64,000 bases of DNA from a bacterium (GTDB taxonomy: Bacteria > Krumholzibacteriota > Krumholzibacteriia > Krumholzibacteriales > Krumholzibacteriaceae): positions 3,664,017-3,728,016 of the forward strand of contig CP070727.1 in assembly GCA_020350885.1 (NCBI GenBank), read 5' to 3'. The notes under the pieces are model-generated. The model did not search any database. It was not told the origin of the DNA and saw only the letters and a list, made by a program, of their open reading frames with translations. The position numbers and the translations under genes were made by a program. This document shows, one piece after another, positions 48,523 to 57,401 of the stretch. The stretch's first letter is position 1. Each line of letters starts with the position of its first letter.

Positions 48523-50471
48523 CACCTTCGCCGAAACAGTGATGAAAGAAACGATCCTCCCTCTGTGCCCCCGGCCTGCTGTGCCAGGATGAAATCGTTC
48601 AACGTCTTCGAGCAGATCGAGTACTCCCCGTCCGAGGCGAGCAGGTATCCCCTGCGCATGAGATCCTCGTTTACGAACTGATACTTCTTGCTTATCGACT
48701 TGCCCGAGGCGATGCGGCCGAGGTTCTCCCGCTCCTCCTCATTCATGCGCTCCCACAGGAACTGGTAGTGGGGAGAGACCTCGTCTATGTACGAACGAGC
48801 AATCTGCTCCCAATCGGGCTCGGAGTCGGGATTGTCGAGGAGGAATTCGAAGACGTTCGAGCAGGCGATCTGGAGGAAAAGGGGGAAGTAACCCGCCAGC
48901 TCGATGATCCTTCCCGCGTGCGCCCCGAGCGGAATCCCCTCTCGCTCGGAAGGGTCTGTGATGAGCTCTACTGCCTCGTCCCGGCTGAAGGCCCTGAGCG
49001 GCAGGTTCGAGAATATGTTGAAGAACGGCGAATCGGAGATGTCCTTGTTGTGGCACATGAGCTGGAGCTCCTCGCAGGAGGAGGTGACGTAGGCGACATG
49101 GTAGCTGTTCGCCAGCGAGCGCAGGAAGGAGAAAAAGTCCTCCTCGAACTTCTCGTTCTTCGTGATCACCTCGAATTCATCCATGAGAACGATGATTCTG
49201 TTGCCCTGATCGTGGAGCTCCTGTACCACTTCCTTGAGCTGGTCCAGCGTCCTGTCCCGTCCGGAGTACCCCTCGCTGTCCTGCGTCTCGAAGCTGAAGA
49301 CGTTGAAGAGAAAATCGATGAATTTGGGCACGTCGAAGTCGACGTTGCGCTGGAAATCGAGATAGACGAAGATTGCATTCTCGTAGTGCTGCATGTTCTG
49401 CTTACGGTTCCGGCGGTTGTAGATGAAGTTCAGGAGCGACGACTTTCCGATACGCCGTTCGCCGACGACTGAGATCGATTGCGGATGGGGCGCATCGAGG
49501 CGCGAATAGATCTTCCGGACCTCCTTGCTCCTGCCCACTAAATCGACCGGGTTCTTGATCATGACTCTGTTGAGATAGGGATTGCGCTTGCTGCTGCGCT
49601 TGGCGAATGCCTTGACATCCGGAAGAGAAGCGATCACAGCGCTCTCGTCATCGGCATACTTCTTGAGCAGCGTAGCAAGATCGTCTGCGAGTTCGTTGAA
49701 GTCGCTGTACCGCTTGTTCGGGCTCTTCTCGAGGCACCGCCGGATGACGGTCTTGAAATCCGTGGGTACCTCGTCGACGAATTCGAGATTCGATTCATTC
49801 ACGATTGAATACATGAGGGCAGCCGGGTGTTCGGCTTCGAACGGGAAGTAGCCGTTGAGGATGCGGAAGAGACAGACACCGAAGGAGAAGATATCGGTGC
49901 GCTCGTCGACCGGCTCGCCGAGTATCTGCTCGGGTGATATATACGAGGGAGTTCCCATCATCGTATTGCCGGTGGTCTGGATCGACGTGTTTACGAGCTT
50001 GACGAGACCGAAATCGAGGATCTTCACCCGGGCACCCTCGCCGCTCGCCGTATCGAGCATGATATTCTTGAGCGTGAGATCCCGATGTATGACCCCCTGG
50101 CCGTGTGCGCACAACATCGCCTTGCAGACCTGGAGTGCCAGCGAGCATTCCTGTGAGATCGTAAGCGATCCTTTCCCGATAAATTCTTCGAGTGAGGGAC
50201 CGTGTATGTGTTCCATGACGAGGAAGGTCTTTCCCTCGAAGTCCCCGCAGTCGAAGACCGTCACGATGTTCGGATGGTTTATCCTCGCAAGGGTTTCCGC
50301 CTCCCGGATCAACCGCTCACGGGCACTGCTATTGACACCGCCTGCGGTGAGGATCTTCACTGCAACCGGCCGCTTCAGTTTCATATCGACCGCCTGGTAG
50401 ACGGTGCCGAAGCCGCCCTCTCCGATCTTCTTCTCGATCTCGTACTTTTCTAAGAGAACCGTTCCAATCAT
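48522..50471 (-). CDS. Hanks-type Ser/Thr protein kinase fused to a C-terminal P-loop NTPase (AAA_16/STAND-like) domain
   Basis: Kinase motifs are IGEGGFGTVY (GxGxxG), AVKIL (VAIK), HRDLTLKN (catalytic loop), DFG and PSYISPE (APE). The C-terminal half carries LVGRSKEV...SVVGERRIGKSSLLNFI (Walker A) and DEFE (Walker B-like). Confidence 0.85.
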   Translation of the reverse strand: MIGTVLLEKYEIEKKIGEGGFGTVYQAVDMKLKRPVAVKILTAGGVNSSARERLIREAETLARINHPNIVTVFDCGDFEGKTFLVMEHIHGPSLEEFIGKGSLTISQECSLALQVCKAMLCAHGQGVIHRDLTLKNIMLDTASGEGARVKILDFGLVKLVNTSIQTTGNTMMGTPSYISPEQILGEPVDERTDIFSFGVCLFRILNGYFPFEAEHPAALMYSIVNESNLEFVDEVPTDFKTVIRRCLEKSPNKRYSDFNELADDLATLLKKYADDESAVIASLPDVKAFAKRSSKRNPYLNRVMIKNPVDLVGRSKEVRKIYSRLDAPHPQSISVVGERRIGKSSLLNFIYNRRNRKQNMQHYENAIFVYLDFQRNVDFDVPKFIDFLFNVFSFETQDSEGYSGRDRTLDQLKEVVQELHDQGNRIIVLMDEFEVITKNEKFEEDFFSFLRSLANSYHVAYVTSSCEELQLMCHNKDISDSPFFNIFSNLPLRAFSRDEAVELITDPSEREGIPLGAHAGRIIELAGYFPLFLQIACSNVFEFLLDNPDSEPDWEQIARSYIDEVSPHYQFLWERMNEEERENLGRIASGKSISKKYQFVNEDLMRRGYLLASDGEYSICSKTLNDFILAQQAGGTEGGSFLSSLFRRR

Positions 50472-52711
50472 TGCCGCTCACTCTCTTGTGCAAAACTGTA
50501 CTCGAACGGAACTGTCTGGCCCGATTTCACCTCGACGGTACGCTCGACCGTTTCGTAGGATGGATGACGCAGTTCGATCCGGTAGGTCCCCGGGGCGAGC
50601 TCGACAGGCAGATAGACCGCACTCTCCTCGATCAACTCACCATTTATCCATATCTCGGCATAGGGTGTGATCTGGAATACCAGTGTCCCGGGGGGAAGGG
50701 GTCCGAGTGTCACCCGGACACGGTTGTTCGGTGCCGGAATCGAGATCCTGCTCCTCTCCGTACGGAATCCCTCAAGTCTCAGCTCGAGAACATGCTCCCC
50801 CTGGGAAACGGAGGCGAGGCTCGTCGGCGCCGTTGCGATCTTCCGCCCATCGAGATACACAACGGCCCCCGCCGGTTCGGAATCGACAGTAAGCGGGTGG
50901 GTGAGCTTCGAGAATGAGTGATGGAGGGCGACCATCGAGTCGTTGTACACCGACACACCTTGAAAGCTCCGGCTGCTGTACCCCGAAAGACGGAGGTCGA
51001 TGTCGTACCGCTGGTTGACCGAGAGCCCGGTGAGCGTGTCCGGGGTCACCGATCCGGAGTCCTCCCCGTCTACGACGATACGTGCCCCGGGTGGATCGGT
51101 GGTGACGTGGAGGTTCCCCCGAAGCTCCTCGAGAACGATCATGCGTTCGAACGGCTCGTTCTTCACCAGCTCTACCGAATCGATGTACTCCTGGTATCCC
51201 GAAAGCTCGGCCCGTACTGTGGTATGCCTGGCCGCCACCGTTTCTCGTTCTACAGGTGATCTGCCGATCCACTGCTCTCCGATGAAGATGTTGGCCTGGG
51301 CTGGTTGTGTCCTGACCGTTACGACCGTAGAATCGCGAGCGCGACCGCCCCCGATACCACCGGCACCCGGCACACCGGCCCGAAAGAATATCTGGTAGAG
51401 AAACAGAAGGGCAACCACAACGATAACGGCCGAGGAAACAGCAATGATGCGTGTACGGGAGAATCGCTTTCCGACCGGTCTGAGCCCCTCCTCGAGCTCC
51501 TCTTCGCTACCACCGATCTCGTTTATCACCTGCCAGATCGAATGCATGCGGGCCATCCACAGCCGCCACAGGTCCATCTTGAACGTATAGGTATCCCCCC
51601 GTGCGTTCTTCTCCAGCAGGTCATGGTAAAAGAGCCGCTCCACCGTCTCCCGCACCTTGTTCCCGTCGAGCTGGTAGCCGATTTTTTCTTCTGCGGAAAA
51701 CGCAACGATCTCGTCAGGAGCGACCTCACGGATATCCTCCTTGCTCAACTCCGCAATGATCGAGATCGACACCTTTTCGAGGGCCGAGAGCGATGTCCAC
51801 GAAAAGATCATCTGGGGGAGCGGGTTCTCTATGATCTCCCGTGTGACTTCCCGCACGTCTTCCTGTGTCACCCGGTTCTTCTCCTTCTCGTTCAGGTGGT
51901 CCACCAGTGATTGACACAGGACCTGTGTATAGAAGGGCTGTCCGGCCGTGAGCGAATAAATCTCTTCCGGTACATCTTCGTCGTAGGAAACCGAGTCCCG
52001 CACCGGATCGCGTATCAGCCGCATGGTATCGGCCTCACTCAGAAAGCTTATTCTCCGGTGGAGTGCCTTGCCCAGGAAGTGCTCCCAGTACCGGGGATTG
52101 CGTGCTTCGAGCTTGTCGGAGCCGGTGAAGATGATAAAGACCCCTGCCCTGTGTTCCATCCATCCCGCCAGGGCGTTCAGTATGTCCGTGCTGAAACGGT
52201 TCTTGTCGATATGTGTCTCGAAGAGCTCGTATTCATCGAACATCAAAACGAGCTTTCTATCTCCCAGCCTTGCACCAATCCTCTCGGTTAAGATCTGGAA
52301 TGCTGCATATGGATTATCAGTTGCACGGGCTGTGAAATCCCGCTCGAATATGATCTCCGGATCACCGATCGACTCGGTAACCTCCCGGGCGAGTGATTCG
52401 AGGAACTCGTGATCGTTTTCCACCGTCATCGACTGCATATCGATGAGTATCGGAATATAACTCTCGCCGAGTCGCCCCCCCTTGATCTGAAAGAGTATCG
52501 ACGTCTTTCCGCTTCGCCGTGTCCCGCACAGAACGATCAAACCTCCCCGCGTGGCACCCGTGACCTTTTTCCTGATGTACTCGAAGTCATCCTCACGGCC
52601 GAAGAACATCCTGCGGTCCTCGATTGGATTGCCAACGATGTATGGATTGTGGATCATCTGGAATGTGTCATCATCTTCTGGTCGCATCGCGGGGCTCCTT
52701 ACACGTACCAC
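50468..52711 (-). CDS. P-loop NTPase (AAA_16/STAND-like)-TM-4xPEGA domain protein
   Basis: The N-terminus NPYIVGNPI..FFGRED...LCGTRRSGKTSILFQI is Walker A, with MFDEYE downstream. There is a single TM helix (IIAVSSAVIVVVALLFLYQIFF). Four PEGA-like repeats follow (PAQANIFIGEQWIGRSP..., PPGARIVVDGEDSGSVTP..., PAGAVVYLDGRKIATAP..., PYAEIWINGELIEE...). Its stop overlaps the kinase start (ATGA). Confidence 0.8.
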   Translation of the reverse strand: MVRVRSPAMRPEDDDTFQMIHNPYIVGNPIEDRRMFFGREDDFEYIRKKVTGATRGGLIVLCGTRRSGKTSILFQIKGGRLGESYIPILIDMQSMTVENDHEFLESLAREVTESIGDPEIIFERDFTARATDNPYAAFQILTERIGARLGDRKLVLMFDEYELFETHIDKNRFSTDILNALAGWMEHRAGVFIIFTGSDKLEARNPRYWEHFLGKALHRRISFLSEADTMRLIRDPVRDSVSYDEDVPEEIYSLTAGQPFYTQVLCQSLVDHLNEKEKNRVTQEDVREVTREIIENPLPQMIFSWTSLSALEKVSISIIAELSKEDIREVAPDEIVAFSAEEKIGYQLDGNKVRETVERLFYHDLLEKNARGDTYTFKMDLWRLWMARMHSIWQVINEIGGSEEELEEGLRPVGKRFSRTRIIAVSSAVIVVVALLFLYQIFFRAGVPGAGGIGGGRARDSTVVTVRTQPAQANIFIGEQWIGRSPVERETVAARHTTVRAELSGYQEYIDSVELVKNEPFERMIVLEELRGNLHVTTDPPGARIVVDGEDSGSVTPDTLTGLSVNQRYDIDLRLSGYSSRSFQGVSVYNDSMVALHHSFSKLTHPLTVDSEPAGAVVYLDGRKIATAPTSLASVSQGEHVLELRLEGFRTERSRISIPAPNNRVRVTLGPLPPGTLVFQITPYAEIWINGELIEESAVYLPVELAPGTYRIELRHPSYETVERTVEVKSGQTVPFEYSFAQESERQ

Positions 52712-52755
52712 CTGGATGAATCGAGGAGACGGAGCACGGACACTCCCTCTGGGGA

Positions 52756-53511
52756 TTACTGACCCGGTGGCGCGGGAGGTTCGGGCAGCGGCTCAGGCTG
52801 GGGAGCTCCTTCGCCGCCGGCGCCGCCGAGGGTCACGGCGAGGATGATGCCCGCCGCAACCGCTGGGCCGATACGGTAGAACCACCAGCGCTTGTTGCGC
52901 CGACGGTCCATTGAGACTTCCAGGATATGTTTTCCGCTCGGATCGATCCTGATCGTCTCTTTATAATCGTAATATCCGGACTTCGTAACCATGAGCTCAT
53001 ATGAGCCGATCCTGATGAGATCGAGCTTGAGCGGCGTTTCCCCCTTGAATTCTTCACCGAGAAAAACTCTACAGTCCCCTGGCTTAGTGATCTCCAAGGT
53101 GCCGAACATCTCGCTCCGGAGCTGGTTGTATATTTCATTTACCCGCGGGGGGAACTCGACCGGATCGGCTACCAGGTCGGCAAACTGCTCCAATCCTTCG
53201 CGGGCCTGTGCAATGGCGCTTGCATCCTCTTTCATCAAAAGGAACGTAAACACTATGTGGTTATACGCACGCTTCAGGATATCATCCGATTCGGAATACT
53301 GATTGATGATGTTGTTGAGCAGCTGTATCGCCTCGTTGAACTCACCCCGTGCCCTGAGAGAGCTTACCAGCTCCCACTTCTGATATATCTGCTCCTGAGC
53401 GGCACCACGGGCAACCGAGGCGTAAGACGAGATCAAAAACAGTACGCACAGTAGTATGGTAAACGAACAGAAACGCCGCGAGAACGAGAAACGGATCTCT
53501 GAAAGGCACAT
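52756..53511 (-). CDS. TPR-like + PEGA domain membrane protein with Pro-rich tail
   Basis: It has a signal/TM segment (FCSFTILLCVLFLISSYASVA) and a helical TPR-like region. The PEGA domain is GDCRVFLGEEFKGETPLKLDLIRIGSYELMVTKSGYYDY. A TM helix and a PQPEPLPEPPAPP tail follow. The start was chosen at the ATG at 53511. Confidence 0.65.
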   Translation of the reverse strand: MCLSEIRFSFSRRFCSFTILLCVLFLISSYASVARGAAQEQIYQKWELVSSLRARGEFNEAIQLLNNIINQYSESDDILKRAYNHIVFTFLLMKEDASAIAQAREGLEQFADLVADPVEFPPRVNEIYNQLRSEMFGTLEITKPGDCRVFLGEEFKGETPLKLDLIRIGSYELMVTKSGYYDYKETIRIDPSGKHILEVSMDRRRNKRWWFYRIGPAVAAGIILAVTLGGAGGEGAPQPEPLPEPPAPPGQ

Positions 53512-53637
53512 GGCCCGACCTCCATCCAAGGGCTTCGACGATATCTTTTCGTAAATATTCCCTGTATAACTTATCATATATGAAGAGGATAGATTATAGC
53601 AAGACAAATCTGCGCAGCGTGTGGGAAACCCCGTTCA

Positions 53638-55635
53638 CTATGGCATGACCTTCGTCACACCTCCATATTGCGTTCCGATCCACAGCGAGCCGGAATGATC
53701 CTCACAGAGCGTGCGGATGTGTCCATCGGTCAATCCCTGTGAGATCTGCACATGAATCCACTCTCCCCGGCGTCTGACATAGACCCCGTCACTCTCCGTC
53801 CCGACCCAGATCTCGCCCCTGCTCGTACCGATGATCGCCGTCGGCACGAAACCGGAGACACGCTGTGGCGGATCGATTATCTGCCACCCCGTACCCGTCA
53901 GCCGGAAGATGCCGTCTTGCCGAGCCAGCAGACAATTACCGGCCATATCGAGCCCGAGTATGTTGCCCCGTGACCGGGTACCCTCCGGTTCGCTCCCCTC
54001 GAGCCTGCCGAGGAATCGGATCCCGGGATCGAGTCGCAGAAGCGTATCCTGCTGGGCACCGGACGTATCGGCTCCCGCTCCGTAGGGAACCGGTAAGACC
54101 GCCTCCTCCCAGCGTCCCTCCGAATACCTCGCCAATGTACCGTCCGCGGTGAGAATCCATGGATACCCCGCTCCATCGACGACGAGGGAGCCGATACGGT
54201 TCTGCGGAAGTCCGTTCCTCTCGGTATAGTGAATCCACTCCCGCCCGGTGAACTCGAGTACGCCGCGATCGAACGAAGCGAACCATAAACTACCTGAAGG
54301 ATCGAAGGAGAGCGCCACGAAATGCTCCGTCGGCAATCCCTGACGCCTGTCGAACAGATTCCATGATCGGCCGTCGAAGTGAAGTATCCCGAAACGTGTG
54401 GCGACCCACATCTCCTCATCGTCTGTGACGAAGAGATCAGTCATCGTCCCGGAGCACCATTCCAGCGGCGGGGTGACTTCGGTTAGATCCTCCCCGAGTC
54501 GGTAGATGCTCCGCTCGGCAAGAAACCAGAGCGCCGGGCCGAACCGTTGCACGGATATGACATGCTTGCTCGGAAATCCTTGGGGCATAGCAACTTCCCG
54601 CACTGCGTCCCTCGAGAGGACGAAGACGGTGCCCTCGTCGGTGCCGAGGTAACAGATCCCCTCGAGGTCATGATGAATCGACAGGAACCGGTACTGTGTA
54701 AGATTCACGCCCGGTAGCCGATAGGGTGTCCACGCCGAGCCATCGAAGCTACTCACGCCCGCCCCGCCCGCAGCCCACAGGCGGCCCGTAGGATCGAGGC
54801 TGAAGCCATGGATCTCATCGCTGGGAAGACCATCCCTTACCCCAAACAGCCGAACACGCCCGAGATTGTACAGAACAACCCCCTTGCGTGCGATCGCCAG
54901 AAAAAGATTTCCTTCCTCATCCAGCGCAAGTTCCTCCACTGCACCGATGGGAATACGGCTCCCGTACCGCATCGATTCCCAACTCAGTGTATCCGACCTG
55001 CACAGTCCGCTCGCAGTTCCGAACCATACCGTGTGTGGGTCCTGCTCGAGGATCGTCAGCACACGGTCGTCGAGCAGGGAATCCTGCCGGGTATAGACGG
55101 TGAGTGAATCGTCTCGTATATAGGCGCATCCATCGCCGTATGTCGCGATCCACACCACGGCATCGCCGCGAACGATGTCCGTGACCCTCCTGAAAAAACC
55201 GCGGTGCCCGGAGGGTAGATGAATCCACCTGCCGTCCCGTCTCACACTTACGCCCCCGTCGCCCCCCACCCAGAGCGAACCGGTATCATCGGCCATGATT
55301 GTCCGTATCGAGACAAATGCCGGTCCCCTGACCGATGAAACGGAGTCCTCCACCGTGTTGTAGGCGAAGAGCCCGCCCTCCGTCCCGACCCATAATGTAT
55401 CATCCTGGCTGAGAAGCGCTCTGATCTCCCTGGCGGGAACATGCCGAACGATGGTTCCTGAAAGGCCAAAAGGACCGAGCCGGTCAACCCAGTACAGGGG
55501 CTTCCGGTCACCTGAAACGATCCACCCACCGGGTTCTCTCGGTTCCTCCTCGGGGATTTCTTCGCCGGCAAGAGGGGTGGCACCGATCACGAGTGCGAGA
55601 ATTCCAAGCAATGAGACGACTGTCCGAATGTTCAT
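53638..55635 (-). CDS. Secreted double beta-propeller protein built from ~14 two-component-regulator propeller (Reg_prop) repeats. There are no kinase or HTH domains
   Basis: It has a signal peptide. It contains about 14 recurring ~45-aa units with the [LF]W[VIF][GA]T..G[LV] signature (DDTLWVGTEGGLFAYN, GSLWVGGDGGVSV, HTVWFGTASGLCR, EEMWVATRFGILHF, GEIWVGTESDGVYV, GSLWIGTQYGGVTKV...). Confidence 0.75.
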   Translation of the reverse strand: MNIRTVVSLLGILALVIGATPLAGEEIPEEEPREPGGWIVSGDRKPLYWVDRLGPFGLSGTIVRHVPAREIRALLSQDDTLWVGTEGGLFAYNTVEDSVSSVRGPAFVSIRTIMADDTGSLWVGGDGGVSVRRDGRWIHLPSGHRGFFRRVTDIVRGDAVVWIATYGDGCAYIRDDSLTVYTRQDSLLDDRVLTILEQDPHTVWFGTASGLCRSDTLSWESMRYGSRIPIGAVEELALDEEGNLFLAIARKGVVLYNLGRVRLFGVRDGLPSDEIHGFSLDPTGRLWAAGGAGVSSFDGSAWTPYRLPGVNLTQYRFLSIHHDLEGICYLGTDEGTVFVLSRDAVREVAMPQGFPSKHVISVQRFGPALWFLAERSIYRLGEDLTEVTPPLEWCSGTMTDLFVTDDEEMWVATRFGILHFDGRSWNLFDRRQGLPTEHFVALSFDPSGSLWFASFDRGVLEFTGREWIHYTERNGLPQNRIGSLVVDGAGYPWILTADGTLARYSEGRWEEAVLPVPYGAGADTSGAQQDTLLRLDPGIRFLGRLEGSEPEGTRSRGNILGLDMAGNCLLARQDGIFRLTGTGWQIIDPPQRVSGFVPTAIIGTSRGEIWVGTESDGVYVRRRGEWIHVQISQGLTDGHIRTLCEDHSGSLWIGTQYGGVTKVMP

Positions 55636-55706
55636 TGTACTCGTTCTTTCGGGACGGTAGTTGCCTATTCTTGATGGAAAAACTGTAGTATAGAGCCGCG
55701 ATTAAT

Positions 55707-57116
55707 TCAAGAGGATTGCTGTGTTCCGGTAAGGGCCGAGGGTGCCGGCCGGTGTATGATCTCATGAAGAAATCCGGAAATATCATGTCCGCTCAGCCTC
55801 CGCACCGCTGCCGTCAAAGCTTCCTCATCGATGTATGTGGTCCCTCCCGCCTCCTCGTACATCATCCGGAGAATGTCGATTAATCCGATACGGTTCCGGG
55901 TGATCTCAGTGATATGGGCGTCGAGGGCCTCAGCGGCGAGAAAGCCGCCGTCGTAGAGAAGATTCACAAGGTCCTTGTCTCCCAGGTCACTGTTGACCGC
56001 TTCACCGATGGGGACGGCCTCGAGATAGCTGTTCTCCATGTAACGTTTGGCGATGAGATCGCGATTGCGCCGGTGCTGCTCCGGGGTGATGATATTCGCA
56101 TCGAGGAGGGTTTTATAGGAATAGTAGACGGTGACACCTTCCGTGAACCAGAGAAATTCATCCGTGCGGGGCCGCAGGGTTTCTCCGTTCCAGTTGTGAA
56201 AGAACTCGTGCGCAACGATCGCCATCGGCGTATCGAAGAGTTGGCTGCGATCGAGCTTCGTATCCAGCAGCAACACGATGCTTCCGGTGAAGTGAACTCC
56301 GTAGAGGTTGAATCCCCTGTAGCCCTTAATCGGATTCCGGTCGCACACGAAGAGGTACCGCTCGTGAGGGGAGGAGCCGAAGAGAGCCGTTTCGCTCGTT
56401 ACGATCCTCTCGATCACCTCGAGCAGCTCCTCGTCGTGAAACGTCCACGAACTCGCTATCGCCATGACGAGTTCCGTCTGTCCCGCCCATCTCCGGAACA
56501 ACCGGTAGTTACCTGATACAACAACAGTCGATGGGAGATCACCGATCGACGGGACCGTGATCCTCGTACCCGTACCGGCCCAGGCGGAGCAAACCGGCAT
56601 GCCCGGAAAGATCGCGGTATCGACCACCACGCCCTCCGAGACAGCCTCCGCAGGCATGATGAATAGATCACCACCCAGGAGTCGGCAGCGGTCGTGATCG
56701 ATGAAGCTCAGCATCGTTTTAATGTCGGGGGAATACCGGTTCTCGACTGTCAGAACGACATCGTAGTACACAGAGAAATCTTTGCCCCCATGCTCGACGA
56801 TCCAATCCCCCTCCCCTTCCGTTACGGAAAGTGCCCTCCCCTCACGGTCAAGGGCCGTAATACCGATCGGCACGGGTGAACGATCCCAGGTCCCGTGTGG
56901 TGAAACGAACCGCATTGTTTTCCCGATGGAACCGAATAGATCGATCCGTACGCGTACGATGTTCAAATCGTGATCCTTCAGCGTCACCCGATACTGGACG
57001 AACGGATGCGATCGGTTAACCGGTCCTACCGGAAACGAGCACCCGCTCACGAGAAGAAGCGCGAGTAGGGCCGTAACGGAAAACGATATAACTGCTTTAT
57101 TTACAGGTCGTTTCAT
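55707..57116 (-). CDS. Gluzincin metallopeptidase lipoprotein (M1/M61-like, HEFFH...E)
   Basis: It has a lipoprotein signal (VTALLALLLVSGCSF). IVAHEFFHNWNGETL is the HExxH motif, and WFTEGVTVYYSY carries the third ligand Glu. The start was chosen at the ATG at 57116. Confidence 0.7.
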   Translation of the reverse strand: MKRPVNKAVISFSVTALLALLLVSGCSFPVGPVNRSHPFVQYRVTLKDHDLNIVRVRIDLFGSIGKTMRFVSPHGTWDRSPVPIGITALDREGRALSVTEGEGDWIVEHGGKDFSVYYDVVLTVENRYSPDIKTMLSFIDHDRCRLLGGDLFIMPAEAVSEGVVVDTAIFPGMPVCSAWAGTGTRITVPSIGDLPSTVVVSGNYRLFRRWAGQTELVMAIASSWTFHDEELLEVIERIVTSETALFGSSPHERYLFVCDRNPIKGYRGFNLYGVHFTGSIVLLLDTKLDRSQLFDTPMAIVAHEFFHNWNGETLRPRTDEFLWFTEGVTVYYSYKTLLDANIITPEQHRRNRDLIAKRYMENSYLEAVPIGEAVNSDLGDKDLVNLLYDGGFLAAEALDAHITEITRNRIGLIDILRMMYEEAGGTTYIDEEALTAAVRRLSGHDISGFLHEIIHRPAPSALTGTQQSS

Positions 57117-57401
57117 TATAGCGTCTCGCTGCGGGGTGGCGGTGCCCTTGCGTGCTCTTACTACCTTCTTCGAACCGTTCATGCAAACCGCATTCCAAAC
57201 TCCGCGCAAGGCAATCACCGGTCGTTCAAAAACCGATTCACCCTACCGGCGGCTTCTCGAACGTGTCATCCTTTGGCCTCCCACATTCCAACGGTCGTCT
57301 CCATTGCCCGGCCGGATTGACTGATGCAGACCGATCGACTACAATGAATAGCGTACGGATTTCCGCTGTAGAGAACATTTCCTGTTGCCGGGCATCGTGT
57401 C

